Positions 11,955-25,300 of a stretch of 64,000 bases of DNA are shown in pieces. Both the position numbers and the translations under genes were made by a program. Location: assembly GCA_010093705.1 (NCBI GenBank), contig MU006100.1:124001-188000 (forward strand). Direction: 5' to 3'. Within the stretch, counting starts at the first letter, position 1, and the number at the start of each line of letters is the position of its first letter. The notes beneath the pieces were generated by a model that ran no database searches, had not been told where the DNA came from, and worked only from the letters and a program-made list of their open reading frames with translations. Source of the DNA: Patellaria atrata CBS 101060. Its lineage: Eukaryota.

Positions 11955-13704
11955 CTACGAGGTTGGAGAGAGAGACCTGTTTGACAGTGGCGTCCCGGCT
12001 CTACTATCATTTACCATCTCCGACATCTTCATTCTCTTCGGCTTCGGGCCGACCTCCGCCTCAAGCTCTTCCACCCGCCTCTTTAACTCGGTTTCCCGTG
12101 TCTGAGATTCGTCTATCTCGGACCTAAGTTTTGACTCGGTTTCTCGAGCCATCAGCTCATTTCTTCGGGCATCCTGCTCGCTAGCTTCGAGTTCAGCCAC
12201 ACGTTCTCTGAAGAGATTATTGATTACTTCCAGCTCAGCAACGCGCGTCTTCAGAGCTTCGTATGTTGCAGGAGGCTCGAGGTGGGAACCATTGATAGAA
12301 GAAGCAGAGGGAGAAGGTTGTCGGAAGTTGAAGCTAGGGAATGTAGGTAGAGAAGGTGAGTTGTGCATGTCAGCGTGTCCGTTCAACGTTACCCCATCGA
12401 AGAGGTGCTGAGGTGCGATGTTGGATGGATGATGTGCAGGTGTACCGGTGCGAGATACAGGTGAGTTGGAACGGTCAGACAATCCTCCTGAGACATTACG
12501 AGGACCAGGAATACCCCGGTGTAGAAAGTGGTTTGGAGGTATTGCGCCATCAGGGTGGGCAGCTGCTAAACCATTGCCGTTACCATCGCCAGAGATCTAT
12601 TGATTCGAAGATGGTTAGGGAATGCTGAAGGTAGTAAAACGGTATTCTCAGCTTACCCTCTTCTTCGACGGTTGTCCAGCAGTTTTCACTCTGTTGCGAC
12701 TCTTTATAACATCGGTTTTTAAGCTTATCGGTCGAGGTCTACCATGCAACTTGAGGAAAAGGCCACAGGCGTTGCAGAGGACGGAGCCAACCTCATCGCG
12801 GCGCCATAGAGGAGTTGTACTCGTTGTGCAGTTTTGGCATATGGGCTGTTGATTAAGGTCAGCCAAAGTCGCGGCCATCGAAAGGCGTGGTGAAAAGCTG
12901 TGCGAGTTTGCTATCGATATTGATTGATGATGCGATAGCGATAAGACAAGCGTGCACCAGCGAAGAAATTTTGGCGTGGTACGGAGGTACAGGTACGGTA
13001 CTGTGAGGTGGAGAGTGCCGCCCACCTGCCAAACGCGAATCTCTCGGGGAAACTACGATCAACTTACAGGAGCATTTCCTTGGCCCGCAGGCGTTGCAGC
13101 AGGCGCCGCTGTAGCATAAGTCATGCTGTGACCGACATTGAAGGGCCTATTTCACAAAATTTTTTGTTAGAAAAATGTGTGAACTGAAAGGAAGAAAAAA
13201 AAGTGAAAAGATTGCTGATTGCGAGGTTCGATAACAACAAATCGACCAGGCCGTCTCGCTTCTGCCACCTGCAACACCTGAAGCCCACCTGACCAATGGA
13301 CATCTGCTCCATTATGCACGCCATCTAAGCTGTGAAACTCGTATGTTTTATTCTAGATAACAGCTTGTCTCTTTCCCATCTTGTCTAGAACCCTCTTGGT
13401 TATGCGAGAACACGCACCTTGAAACATTGTTTTCCGTGGGCACCGAAGAAGCAAGATTGGCCAGGGCGGACAGAGCTGGTAGGTGTACTGAGGGATTGCT
13501 GCTATGCCTCTGCTGGGAGTACTGTATGGAAGTCTGAGTAGATGCAGCGGACGAGGGACGAGAGATTTCGTGTCCAATCGAGGGTAGAGCACGTCTGTCT
13601 TCCGTTGAAGCTGTTGTGAAGGGAGAAAGATCTCTGACGGAAAGGGAGGATGGTGGACGGAAGTTGTCGATGCCCGTAGGCGGAGGGAGTAATGAGGTAG
13701 CCAC
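11955..13704 (-). CDS. areB: GATA zinc-finger / leucine-zipper transcription factor AreB (ASD-4/NreB family); longest model exons 13704-13418, 13146-13068, 12845-12657, 12596-11955; alternative ATG starts at 13124 and 12878
   Basis: C-x2-C-x17-C-x2-C finger ([25 protein letters not shown]) followed by [26 protein letters not shown]-terminal zipper [23 protein letters not shown]; canonical introns in frame. The core (12845-11955) is secure, the GUG-started exon 1 is less so. Confidence 0.9.
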
Positions 13705-15390
13705 AGTTGAAGCCGTAGTGAGTGATAGAAAGAGAAACGCTAGGAAGAGCGTTTCTCAGGATGTAGGAGGGACGGGAGGGGTTATCAGATACACAGAGCT
13801 CTGTATTCAAACAGAAACTCCTATTAAAGAAGGATTATAATCCTTCTTAAACCCGTGTTATTGGACTTTGGATAAACGAATGACAGGTTGAACGAGTGAC
13901 TTGGAACCAAAAGAATGGCAAGAAGAACGAAAGGATGTTACTGTTCCCAAGGAACGTGGATGCTGGAGGTAATTGAGGAAACAAAGACTTAAAGGTACTT
14001 TTTGGAGGTACCAGGCGCGTCTAAGGGGGACGCCAGGGATGTTGCAACTGTCGACAATCACTTCACTTTTGGGCCGGCACATTTAATCTGGGCATTCTGT
14101 ATTATTCTCAATTTGTGGGCGATTCGATTATTACCGCATTGATACACACTACTGCACTGTTCTAATAAATTCTCCGTGGAGGAATCGTGTGTTTGTCTAG
14201 GGTAGAATAAGGGAACCAAGCTATGGATGCCACGATTATGTTTCCTACGCGGTTGGAGGATAGCAGACAACCACTTGAAACACAATTCTACGAATATTTT
14301 AAACGTTCAGCTGGAAACATTTGCGTCTTCCCCCTCCAAGCAGGATAATTGAAAGCTGTTCATGTTATCCCATAAGCTGCTTAAGGGGCTTGTTTTAATC
14401 TTTTTAATCTCGGGAGGCGCCAATCATCGTATCGCCAAACTTCCCGTCTATCTGTTATCGGTACCGCCCCCAGATCAGCCTCCAGATGACGGGAGAAAGC
14501 AGAACTCTATATCCAATCAGGAGACAATTCGCCTTGATGAATGTTAGTCACGTACAATTTTGACCGTTGAGTGAACGCATGTTCATGATAGCTTCGGCCA
14601 CTTGTTCCTCCATTCTGACGCTCCAACTCTCCTTGAATCCTCCCATGAGATTTTATATACCCTAAGGCCACTGGAGGAGATTCCAATTGTGCGGAAATAA
14701 TGCAATTCATAAACAAGCACGTAATTAACAAGATACGGGTGTCAGCCGTGGGAGCACAACGGCTTTCTTGAGAAAAAAAAGGGGCTCCATGGTTTTGATG
14801 ATGTGCAGCAGGCTCAAGGGGTCCTAGCCGGAATCCGGTTAAGTTTCTGATTGGCTATTTGTGCCATAGTAAACAACTTTTGTCGAGTGGCGAGAACTTC
14901 GCATGAACTTCAACTTCAAATTGAGTATTGAATCTTGAGAACTTTTGGAATTGAATACTGGGGTTCACACTGCTAGTGTGCAGAAAAGAGCGCCAACAGC
15001 GTACCGACGTACACAAGGCCTCCTGTCCCTAATTACTATCATACCATACCAAGGTACAGTACGAAAGTATACATCCTTTCTCAGCGAATCTTAACGGCTT
15101 TCATATCTGTTGGTCCAGAAAGGCAGAATGCCTTAATATCTCTTGCGATAAGGTATTTCGAAAGATGGATATATGTGCATAAGCGCGGACTATAAACAAT
15201 TCGAGCGGTTAACTGCTTCGCTAGATAGAAATAATTGGTCAGATTAAGCGCGAAGGCCGCGGTCAGTATTTTTGCGGTCTGTGCGCTACGCTACCCTTGA
15301 GCTTCAGGTTTGACGTAAACGGACACAAGGGGAATATCTGCACGAGTGAATGACAGAGCTGAATGCCTTCATCAACGTTTTCACCAAAAT

Positions 15391-17753
15391 ATGCGCAAAT
15401 CAAGACCGGCTACTTCTGGATATGCACGAATAGCGCAAGCAGAAGAAGAAGAGGAAGACGATGACCCAGGTTATTCTGAAGATGACAATCCGCAAAGGGG
15501 CAACAAGACACTTTCAACCTCAGGAACACGATATGCCCCCATCCAACAACCCCGGCGACAGAGTCGAATGCAAATCCCCGATGCGTTGTCATCTACTACA
15601 CAGAAGCATGTCCCAGCTGGTCGACGGCAGCGAAGCAACTCCAGTGTCGATATCAAAGCTATCAACGCCCGACTGGAGAGATGGGCGGATGAGATAGCTT
15701 CCAAATTCAAAATTCGGAGGATAAAGGGGAAGACACAAGAGGAAGAGGAATTGGAGATTCATCACTCAGTGTTCCAAACTCCAGATTGGATACGTCCTGC
15801 AACAGCCGAAACCCTTGCTACCTATGATGCACAAGTGTCAGAAGACCGACTTGCAAAAGAACAATTCGATGAGTTGGTGGAGAGCGTTAGGGTAGCTATC
15901 GAGATTGGTATGCACCCAAAGTTGATATCTCAAGGAAGCTCTGGCAGTTACTTTGCTCGGAACTCCGACGGGAAGGTCGTCGGAGTCTTCAAGCCTAAAG
16001 ATGAAGAACCATATGCTTCCCGTAATCCGAAATGGACAAAATGGATACATCGAAATCTATTCCCATTTTTCTTCGGTCGAGCATGCCTTATTCCTAATCT
16101 GAGCTACATCTCAGAAGCCGCAGCATACGTCCTTGATACACAACTACGTACAAATATTGTACCTTATACGGACATAGTGTCCTTATCCTCTAAATCTTTT
16201 TACTATGACTATTGGGATCGGAGGGCGTACTATAGAAAAAGAAAACCATTTCCGGAGAAGGTAGGAAGTTTTCAAGCGTTCCTGAAAGGGTACAAGGACG
16301 CGAATATATTTCTTAAGCAGCATCCTTGGCCTGATCAACATAGTTCGAGTTCACGTGGTCCAGAAGGCTCAAAGAAGAAAAGGAGACGCTGGGCTGCTGA
16401 TTGTCGCCCAGGTCCGGCGCAATCTGACGATGAAGATGACTTGGATAGTGATCATGATTCAGAAGAATCGAGAAGGAAGATATTCTGGACGGACGAACTA
16501 CAACAATCGTTGCGGGAACAGTTAGAAAAGCTTGTAATTTTGGACTATATCATGAGAAATACGGATAGAGGGCTAGACAACTGGATGATAAAGATTGACG
16601 AACACACAGAAACGGCCAGCATTGTTGCTGAACCACCGAAAGAGGGACATTTTACGAACGAACAATCAACGGACAACGACAAGAGAAGCTCAAAGCCGTA
16701 CGCGGATCCGTATAAACGCCAAGACCCTATGGTAGCAACCAGTAGATCCACCACTCCTGCAAATTCCGCGCCCTCGCCGATTATTCGTCTTGGGGCCATT
16801 GATAATAGCTTATCATGGCCCTGGAAGCATCCAGATGCGGTAAGTTTTTAAGGTCAAGTCTATGTTGATTTCACTGATAATTGTCACAGTGGCGAAGCTA
16901 TCCGTTCGGTTGGCTATTCCTACCAGTGTCCTTGATCGGCCAACCATTTTCAGAATCTACTAGACAACATTTCCTCCCGCTTTTGACGTCTAAGAAGTGG
17001 TGGAGTGACACACAGGTAGCGTTACGGCGTGTTTTCACCCAAGATGCTGACTTCAAGGAGCGAATGTATGCACGACAAATTGCTGTCATGAAAGGACAAG
17101 CATGGAATGTTGTTGAAACATTGAAAACACCCGATCATGGTCCACTAGAGCTGACACGCCGCGCTCGAGTTTGCGTATGGGATGATTTAGTGGATGTCCC
17201 TACTGTTGTTCCAATGCGAGTTCCATCTGGAGAGATGGCGCGTAACATGAACGGGCGATTGGATGAAGAAGAAGAGATGGATATCAGTGCAGCTTACGCA
17301 TCGGCACCGCAGCCACAACATGATCTCCTCGAAATTGGAAGTCCGCCACAAGACATGGCGAAAGGGAACAGATTCAACCTTTCAAGAGAATCGAGTTCAC
17401 AAGATGTTAGGAAGCCAAAAGATGCGCCCAGTGCACCTATTTCTCCCACTGATTCGCGCAATGTTTCCTGGACTTCAACGACAAAATCTACTCGACCTCA
17501 AAGCGCATTTCATTCTCGACCTAGAATGAGCTACGAAGAACCCCGTCGATATAGTCGAAACAGCGATAAAGGGCGAAGACGCTTTTCATTCTCTACACGG
17601 AGAAGTAGCAACCCTTTCTTGATGGGGGATGATGATTTGGAGGGAGACCTTGGTTATGCGGCGGCAGAGGATATGGAAGGGAATCGTAAAAAGGTTATTG
17701 TCGAGCGGCTTGAGGCGGTCAAAAGCAAGAATCCAGTGTTTACATGGTGTTAA
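15391..17753 (+). CDS. LSB6: Type II phosphatidylinositol 4-kinase; intron 16840-16889
   Basis: Motifs PKLISQGSSGSYF, VFKPKDEEPY, LDYIMRNTDRGLDNW, AIDN, WRSYPFGW. Confidence 0.93.
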
Positions 17754-18436
17754 GAGCTATTCATGACATGTGAGCATAGCGCAGGGGAACGACTTTTTAT
17801 AATAGCGCTTGTGTTATTGATGGGATATGCTGCAAGGCATCCACATGTGGGCCATTATTAGTAGCCTTTGGATAGGTTCAACGTGTAATTATACAACATT
17901 TGTACAAAAGTTGAAATAGATATATGAAAAAGTGTCCTACTGAATAGTAACTACCTTATGTCTCTAGCTATCGAGGTTGAGAGGAGCCTCCTCACAAGGC
18001 GCCAGCGTTGGAAAGCACGGACCCTCTCACACGTTGACAAGTCATGCATATCATCACTACGGGATGAACCTCGAGGTACTTTAGTAGTTAGGTATCAGCG
18101 ACTTCGGATAAACTACCATGTGACTACATTAACACATAGAAACGTCAAGAAGGAAAACGTTCTGCAAGTGATGTCGATTGTCTGTTTGTCGAATTTGTTA
18201 CTACCCGCCACCTTGAAAACCTGTGGCGCAGCCCTCGACAGTCCATCTTACTCATGACTCCGTTCTCTTCTTACACCATCATCCGCATCGCTATTTCGTC
18301 TAGCTATCCATTTCTTGAATGCTCAAGAGTTTGGGGTGTGTAATGAGAAGTCCTTGTGCGGGGGAATAACGCTCGTTGCGCCTGAGGGTGTAACTTCAAC
18401 GGAAGTTCCACTGTTCAAGATCAGCATATCAGCAAG

Positions 18437-21400
18437 ATGAATCCCGCACAACTTCTCAACCTGAAACCCTTTGCAAAGGCCAATGGTGATTCCCTTTCTC
18501 CTAAATCCAAGTCGCCATCCCCTCACGCCTCTTCAGCCTCAATGTTTTCAACATCTCAGCAGCCTGCATTTCAACCTACCATGCAGTCAACAGTAGTAGA
18601 AGATCTTACTCCCGACACTCCTGGAGATCCATTTCCTTACTCTAATCAGTTCTTCGTCGACGATAATACTCTTTTGGACGACAATTTTCTAACAGTTGGC
18701 TCTGAAGCACGTCAAGGTATCAACCAAGCCAACGGCTATGGAGATAATGCGAACTTCCGCTCTCCCCAGTTCGACCCAAATGCTCTACTCAATCCTAGAG
18801 CTACTGCAAAGCGTCCGCAGGACACTTTCCATCAGAACGACTTGAACGATTTTACCCCAAACTTGGGTATGGGAAGCATGATAGAGCGCATGCACAATGT
18901 TTCCACTCGCGAGGAACAGCCCAAGAAGAAATTGAAAGCTAATATTGATGAATCCGACAATCGTTTTATAAAGTCAACGTTTGAGGGTCACGCTCAGAAT
19001 GGTATTATTGGTGAGCATCTCAAGGAACTTCGTGAACAGGGAAGGAAGGAAAATGGAAAGTCTCATGTTGTGGACCTTACAGCAGGTAAGAAGAGATATT
19101 CGCTTGAGTAGTTGTATGACATTGGCTTAACGTATAAAGGTGATGAGACCGATGACGACGTCATTATCACATATGATCGCTCTGATCAAGAAATATGTCT
19201 TGGAAGACTCGAAAAAGCTTTCGTCCAGGCGTTTCTAATCCCAACGCCTAAATTGGGTTCTAGCTTAGGAAACCATGCGATGTGGCCTCCCCTTAAGGTT
19301 GAACTTCGTCGTCGAGTATCCACAGACTCCGTCATCACTGTAATTGATCCGGCTGGAAAACCATTCGGTAAGCTGGATGTTCGGACTTCTATGGCTTTAT
19401 CACCGATGATGGATGCCGTGAAAACCAATAAGATCCGGCTTCAAGCTCGTCTTATCGCGCATAAAAAGAAACCAGGAGAATCTCCAGGCCAGTCGTGCTC
19501 AAAACTATTAGAGGTAATCATCGTAATCTATTCTCCTCGTAAGATGGCTCCTGGTATCGGAAAATTTCTCAGTCAAAAGCAATTGTGGCTTCGTGAACCC
19601 GCCAATCCAGATCGCGGCGTGGAATATATCAACCCGCAGCAAGAGCATCTTGTTATGGTTCAAAAGACAGTGACTCGCGGAGCGGCATCAAACTCCTCAG
19701 GCGGACAACTGCAAAACACATTCGTCACCCGCACTGCAGAAGAGGTCCGCTCTGACGTAATCAACATGTTCGACAGTCTTACTCCAACCGAGGACCTACC
19801 GGAGATGGAACAGGATTCTCGGGTAATAACTCCTTTACTGAAGCACCAAAAGCAAGGTCTATATTTTATGGTGGATAGGGAGAAAGATTATAGTATTGAA
19901 GAGAATGGTAGTGATAAGAACTCCTTGTGGCGCGTCAAATTCGCAGTTAACGGCCAGAGGGTGTACTACAATGTTATAACTGGTGAGTAGTGAGGATCAT
20001 TTTGGATAACTGTCGTCTTACTGCGTTAGGTAACGAGTTTCGTACAAAGCCTCCTCCAGTCCTCGGTGGGATTCTTGCAGACATGATGGGTCTGGGGAAG
20101 ACATTAAGCATTCTCTCACTCATCACGTCCACCATGGATGCGGCGGCCCACTGGGCGACTCTATCTCCTCAACAATTCCCTGATAGACCACCACTTCTAC
20201 TTAATTCCAAAGCAACACTTCTCGTTGCGCCTGTATCCACAATGACAAATTGGGAAGAACAAATCCGGACTCATCTACAACCAAATTCGGTAAAAGCTTA
20301 CATCTACCACGGATCAAACAGAAAACAAGATGTTAAAGAGTTAGCGACTTACGACATAGTCATCACAACCTACAGTACTATTGCCGCCGATTCGGATAAT
20401 AAGAGATTTCGGGTGAGACCAATTGACCAGACGAACTGGTTTCGAATTGTCCTTGATGAAGGACATATGATTCGCACTCAATCATCACGTCAATCACAAA
20501 CCGTTTGCGCTTTATCAGCACAGCGTAGATGGGCCGTGACAGGTACACCCGTACAGAATCGTCTTGATGATTTAGGGGCTTTGATCAAGTTCTTACGCAT
20601 CAAGCCCTTCGATGAAAAAGGAGCCTTCCAACAATTTATTATGGCACCCTTTAAGAATGCTGATCCAGAAATCCTCCCCAAGCTGCGGCTACTGGTGGAT
20701 AGTATTACAATCCGCCGATTGAAGGATAGGATCGATCTTCCACCGCGTCATGACATAATCATCAAACTGGAGTTCTCCGAAGAGGAACGATTGCTCTATG
20801 AATGGTTTGCTAGAGATTCAGCGCAAAAAGTACGTGCCGTTACCCAACAGCGCAAAGATCAAAAGAGCTTGGGTGGAAAGACGTATGTCCACATCTTGCG
20901 AGCTATTCTTCGACTTCGCCTTCTGTGCGCACATGGGCAAGAGCTTCTGAGTGATGAGGATATGAAAATGACAGAAGGACTCAGTGCTAGCAGTGCGATC
21001 GATTTAGGTGATGACGAGGATGAAGAGAAACCAGCTTTGACGCCCAAGCAAGCTTATGACATGCTTCATCTACTGAAAGAGAGTGAGAATGATGAGTGCA
21101 GCATGTGCCGCACAAGGCTATTTCAGAAGGAGACGGACGACATTCCAGAGCCAAGGAGCGATAATATTATCGGCCATATGACGCCTTGTTATCAAATCGT
21201 ATGCCCATCATGTATAGAGGACTTCTTGGCCATGATGTCGGTACGAGCCAGCCCGGATAATTACATGACATGTCCTCTTTGCGAGCAGTACGTCAAATGC
21301 TCATTATTCGAGCTCACCTTTGATAAGTTGGAGGAAGAGGAAGCTACACGCAACCGTATCCGCGATAACCCGAAACTTGCTCGACAACTTAATCGTTATA

Positions 21401-21957
21401 GTGGACCTCATACGAAGACAAAGGCTTTGCTTAACTCATTGCTCACTGACCAGCAATGGAGTCTGAACCATCCCGAAGAACCTCCTATTAAGAGTGTCGT
21501 CTTCTCTGGCTGGACCACTCATTTAGACCTCGTTGCTTTGGCGCTTGAGGATAATCATTTGAAGTACACTAGGCTCGATGGGCGCATGTCTCGCCAGGCT
21601 AGGTCTGAATCTATGAAGGTTTTCCGAGAAGACCCTGCTATCTGTATCATCCTGATCTCGATTTCAGCAGGTGGTTTAGGTCTTAATCTCACAACAGCCA
21701 ACAAGGCGTATGTTATGGAACCACAATTCAATCCCGCCGCGGAAGCTCAAGCTGTCGATCGGGTTCACAGGTTGGGTCAAAAGCGCGAGGTCTATGTCAC
21801 AAGGTTCATTATGGATCGTAGTTTTGAGGAAAAGATGTTGGAACTTCAAAAGAAGAAACGCGATCTTGCTGATCTCAGCATGAATCGCAATGTCAAACTG
21901 GATAAGGAGGAAGCGGCGAGGCAGAAAATGGAGGAGTTGAAGAGTCTCTTTAGATGA
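18437..21957 (+). CDS. SNF2-family helicase/ATPase with HIRAN-like region and inserted RING finger (Rad5/HLTF-like); introns 19086-19139 and 19983-20029
   Basis: GGILADMMGLGKT (Walker A), RIVLDEGH (Walker B), TGTPVQN, Cys cluster CSMC...TPC...CPSC...CPLC, and HELICc motifs GLGLNLT and QAVDRVHRLGQ. Confidence 0.92.
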
Positions 21958-22386
21958 GTTTTTCGGAGCGGGAACGGGACGGTTAAAACCATGATTATAC
22001 CCTAGATGGTTGCATTGGGATGTACAACAGGTTTTCACGAGGTTATGGTTTCTTTTACCCGACGGATTTGCACCTATTTCTCCTCCGTATTGGGCTCTTC
22101 TATCTCTCCTAATGCTTACTATGGACATTTCTCTCAGGTGCATGGAAGCGAACAATGAGCATTCATACGGAGAATTGGCCCTTGTAGGCAATATTCATTG
22201 AGCGATCAAATCATACTTAGCTAGGCAAAAAGCATCAATTCATAATGAACATTCGATCTTGTACAGTGATCTACGTGATTGATATCTTGGCGTTGGGATG
22301 CGGGTTGACGTTAAGAGTGCGCGAACCACTTTACGCGACTGCAACACGTCCTAAGTTTGTTCATCTCTAAATAGTCATGGGTCGAT

Positions 22387-25300
22387 ATGGCAACAATAAA
22401 GCCCATTGAGGGTCGCTCTGTATGATAATAATTCTAGCCTGAGTAAATTGGTTATGAAAATACTAATCACTTTGTAGGTGCATCAAATACAATCTGGACA
22501 GGTCATCGTCGACTTATGCTCTGTGGTGAAAGAACTTGTAGAGAACAGCCTAGATGCTAGAGCCACATCTATAGGTAAGTTATATTAGAGTCCTCACGTC
22601 CTGCAGTTTCCTTAATCATGTCATCTCAGATGTCCGCTTTAAAAATTATGGGCTGGACTCGATCGAGGTCCAAGATAATGGTGCAGGTATCGCATCTGAA
22701 GATTTCGAGACGATAGGTACGTGTTCACATTTTCTCTATATTGCAACTTCTCTGACTCAAAATTGCGCAGCTCTAAAGCACTATACGTCTAAGCTCTCCA
22801 ACTACGCCGACCTCTCGACCCTCCAAACCTTCGGTTTCCGCGGTGAAGCTCTCTCCTCCCTCTGTGCTCTATCCAAATTCCATATTATTACCGCTCGTGC
22901 GAGTGATGGGCCGAAAGGCACACGTCTAGAGTTTGAACCATCAGGGAAGCTTAAAGAAACATCCGTTGTTGCGAGTCAGAAGGGTACGATTGTCGCTGTG
23001 GAAAACCTGTTCTATAACCTACCCGTAAGGAGGAGAGAACTGGAGAAGAATATTAAGAGGGAATATGGGAAAGTACTGAATTTATTGCATGCGTATGCAT
23101 GTATTAGTACTGGTGTACGTGTTGCTGTGAGCCAACAGATATCCAAAGGGAAAAAGGTCGTGGTCTTTTCGACTAAGGCGAATACTACCACCAAGGAGAA
23201 TATATCCCAGGTATATGGCGCCAAGACAGTTTTGGCACTTGTTCCACTAGACCTGAAGCTCGAAATGAATCCCTTAGGTGGAGCAGCCTCATCGAGTGTG
23301 AAGGCGAACATACCTGACGATACATCACGAGAAGTTCATATCTCTGGCCATATATCACGACCCGTCGTTGGCGAAGGACGGTCTACTCCCGACCGCCAAA
23401 TGTTCTTCGTCAACTCGCGCCCCTGCGCTCTTCCGCAGGTTACGAAAGCTTTCAATGAGGTCTATAAATCTTACAATGTCACACAGTCTGCATTTATATT
23501 CGCGAATTTGGTCATGGACACGAATGCTTATGATGTAAACGTTTCACCGGATAAGAGAACTATATTGTTACACGACCAGTCTATGCTACTTGAGAAGCTG
23601 AAGGAATGTCTTGTTGACTTGTTTGAGAATCACGATCAGAGTGTCCCACAGAGTCAGTTTGCTCCAAGAAAGTTGCCGGGATACAAACCTTTGAGTACTA
23701 GTAGAGAGACTTCGAAGGGAGACGAAGAGAACGCGACTAGAGAGACTATTCCAACAAGTACGGAAGATGGCGGTCAAGAAGGGAACGAGACCCAGACCTC
23801 AACTGTCGACTCTACTGGCGATGCTACCACTCAGGAAGATGGGGCTCCGATCAGTTTCATTAAAACCTTCGTCGAACGTAACGCTGATTCGCGGAGAGAA
23901 AAGCCTCAAATGCCTACAAGACCTGCAACGAATGTGAATTGCGTCTCAAAAAGTAAGCAAAATCTTATTAGGTCTCTTGAACGGGCACAGAGGGAACCTT
24001 CAGCAGAATCAGATCAACAAGAAGATAATGAGAAAGCCAGTGAGGATAAGGACGAAATGATTATAGATGACGAGATGATACCCACACAAGAAGTACATGT
24101 ACCCCGAATAGTGGAGGATTTTAATGCCAGGATAGCAAGCCCAAAGACAATAGCAAACCCCCAGAAAGACACATCTCCCCATCCACCCCTGTTTACACAC
24201 ACTTCGGAAACACCTATACCCGTTATAAGCACGCCGCAAAAGATGCCGTCCTCACAGAACACTATTCAAAATGCTTTCGACCGTATGAGGATGAAAAGGA
24301 CGCCTCAACAGACTGCTACAATTACCGTTGGGGACAGGACAAGTATAGTGACTATTGGTAGTTCGACAAACAAGCGGAGAAGGATTCATGAGCCCCAGTT
24401 TTTCACTGGAGATGAAGGTCCATCATCATCCCTTTTTAGCCGAAAAAAGAAGAGTTTTGCGGCGCCTGGTACAGAAATAGAAGTATCCGACGTCGAGGAA
24501 GAAATTAATGATGTACTTGAGGAAGACGGTGATTCAGGGGAAGAGGTTAAGGGGTCTGTAGCGGATGTAACAACATTGGATCATGCCGCCTCTCCTCGGA
24601 GCGATAACGATGCAAAGCTTTATGCGGAGAGAAGTGAGGAGGAATCGGAGAAAGAGGATGAACAAAGTTCATCAGACAAGAGACCTGTTGATGCAGATGT
24701 GGGAGACACTGATGATGAGTATATTGATGAAGAGGAAAAGAAGGCAAGAGAAGATGCTCGGGTAACAGATATGATTGCAAAAGCTGAAGAAGCCGCTGCA
24801 AGACCGTCATCAGACAATCTTAAGCGTGCTACGAATGTGTTCAAGAGTGGAAATACTCGGAAGCACTCGACTTTGAAGCTCGTACAGCAACTGGATACAA
24901 CCGTCACCAAGATTGAAGCGGGGCTTATATCGCTGAACCAAGCGATTCATGATTGCATGCGGAGTAGTAACAACGACAAGAAGGCGACTGAAGTATCCAC
25001 GGCGGATACGTCACCTGAGGAACGGCTCTCACTTACAGTATCGAAGTCTGATTTTGGACGGATGAGCATTATTGGCCAGTTCAATCTCGGTTTCATTCTC
25101 ACTGTACGTCCTGCTTCAACATCATCACCTCCAGCAAACGACTCGTTGGGTAAGCGTACACTATTACGAACTCCAACCGTTCGGTCTGTGGATGATGAGC
25201 TATTCATTATCGACCAACACGCGTCCGACGAAAAGTACAACTTCGAGCGTCTACGACGGGAAACTATTCTACAGCCTCAGCGTTTAGTCAGGCCCCTCCA

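Noticed and set aside
15346..15390. GTG-started N-terminal extension of LSB6
   Set aside because: A good-context ATG (AAATATG) follows at 15391 and the extension has no recognisable features.
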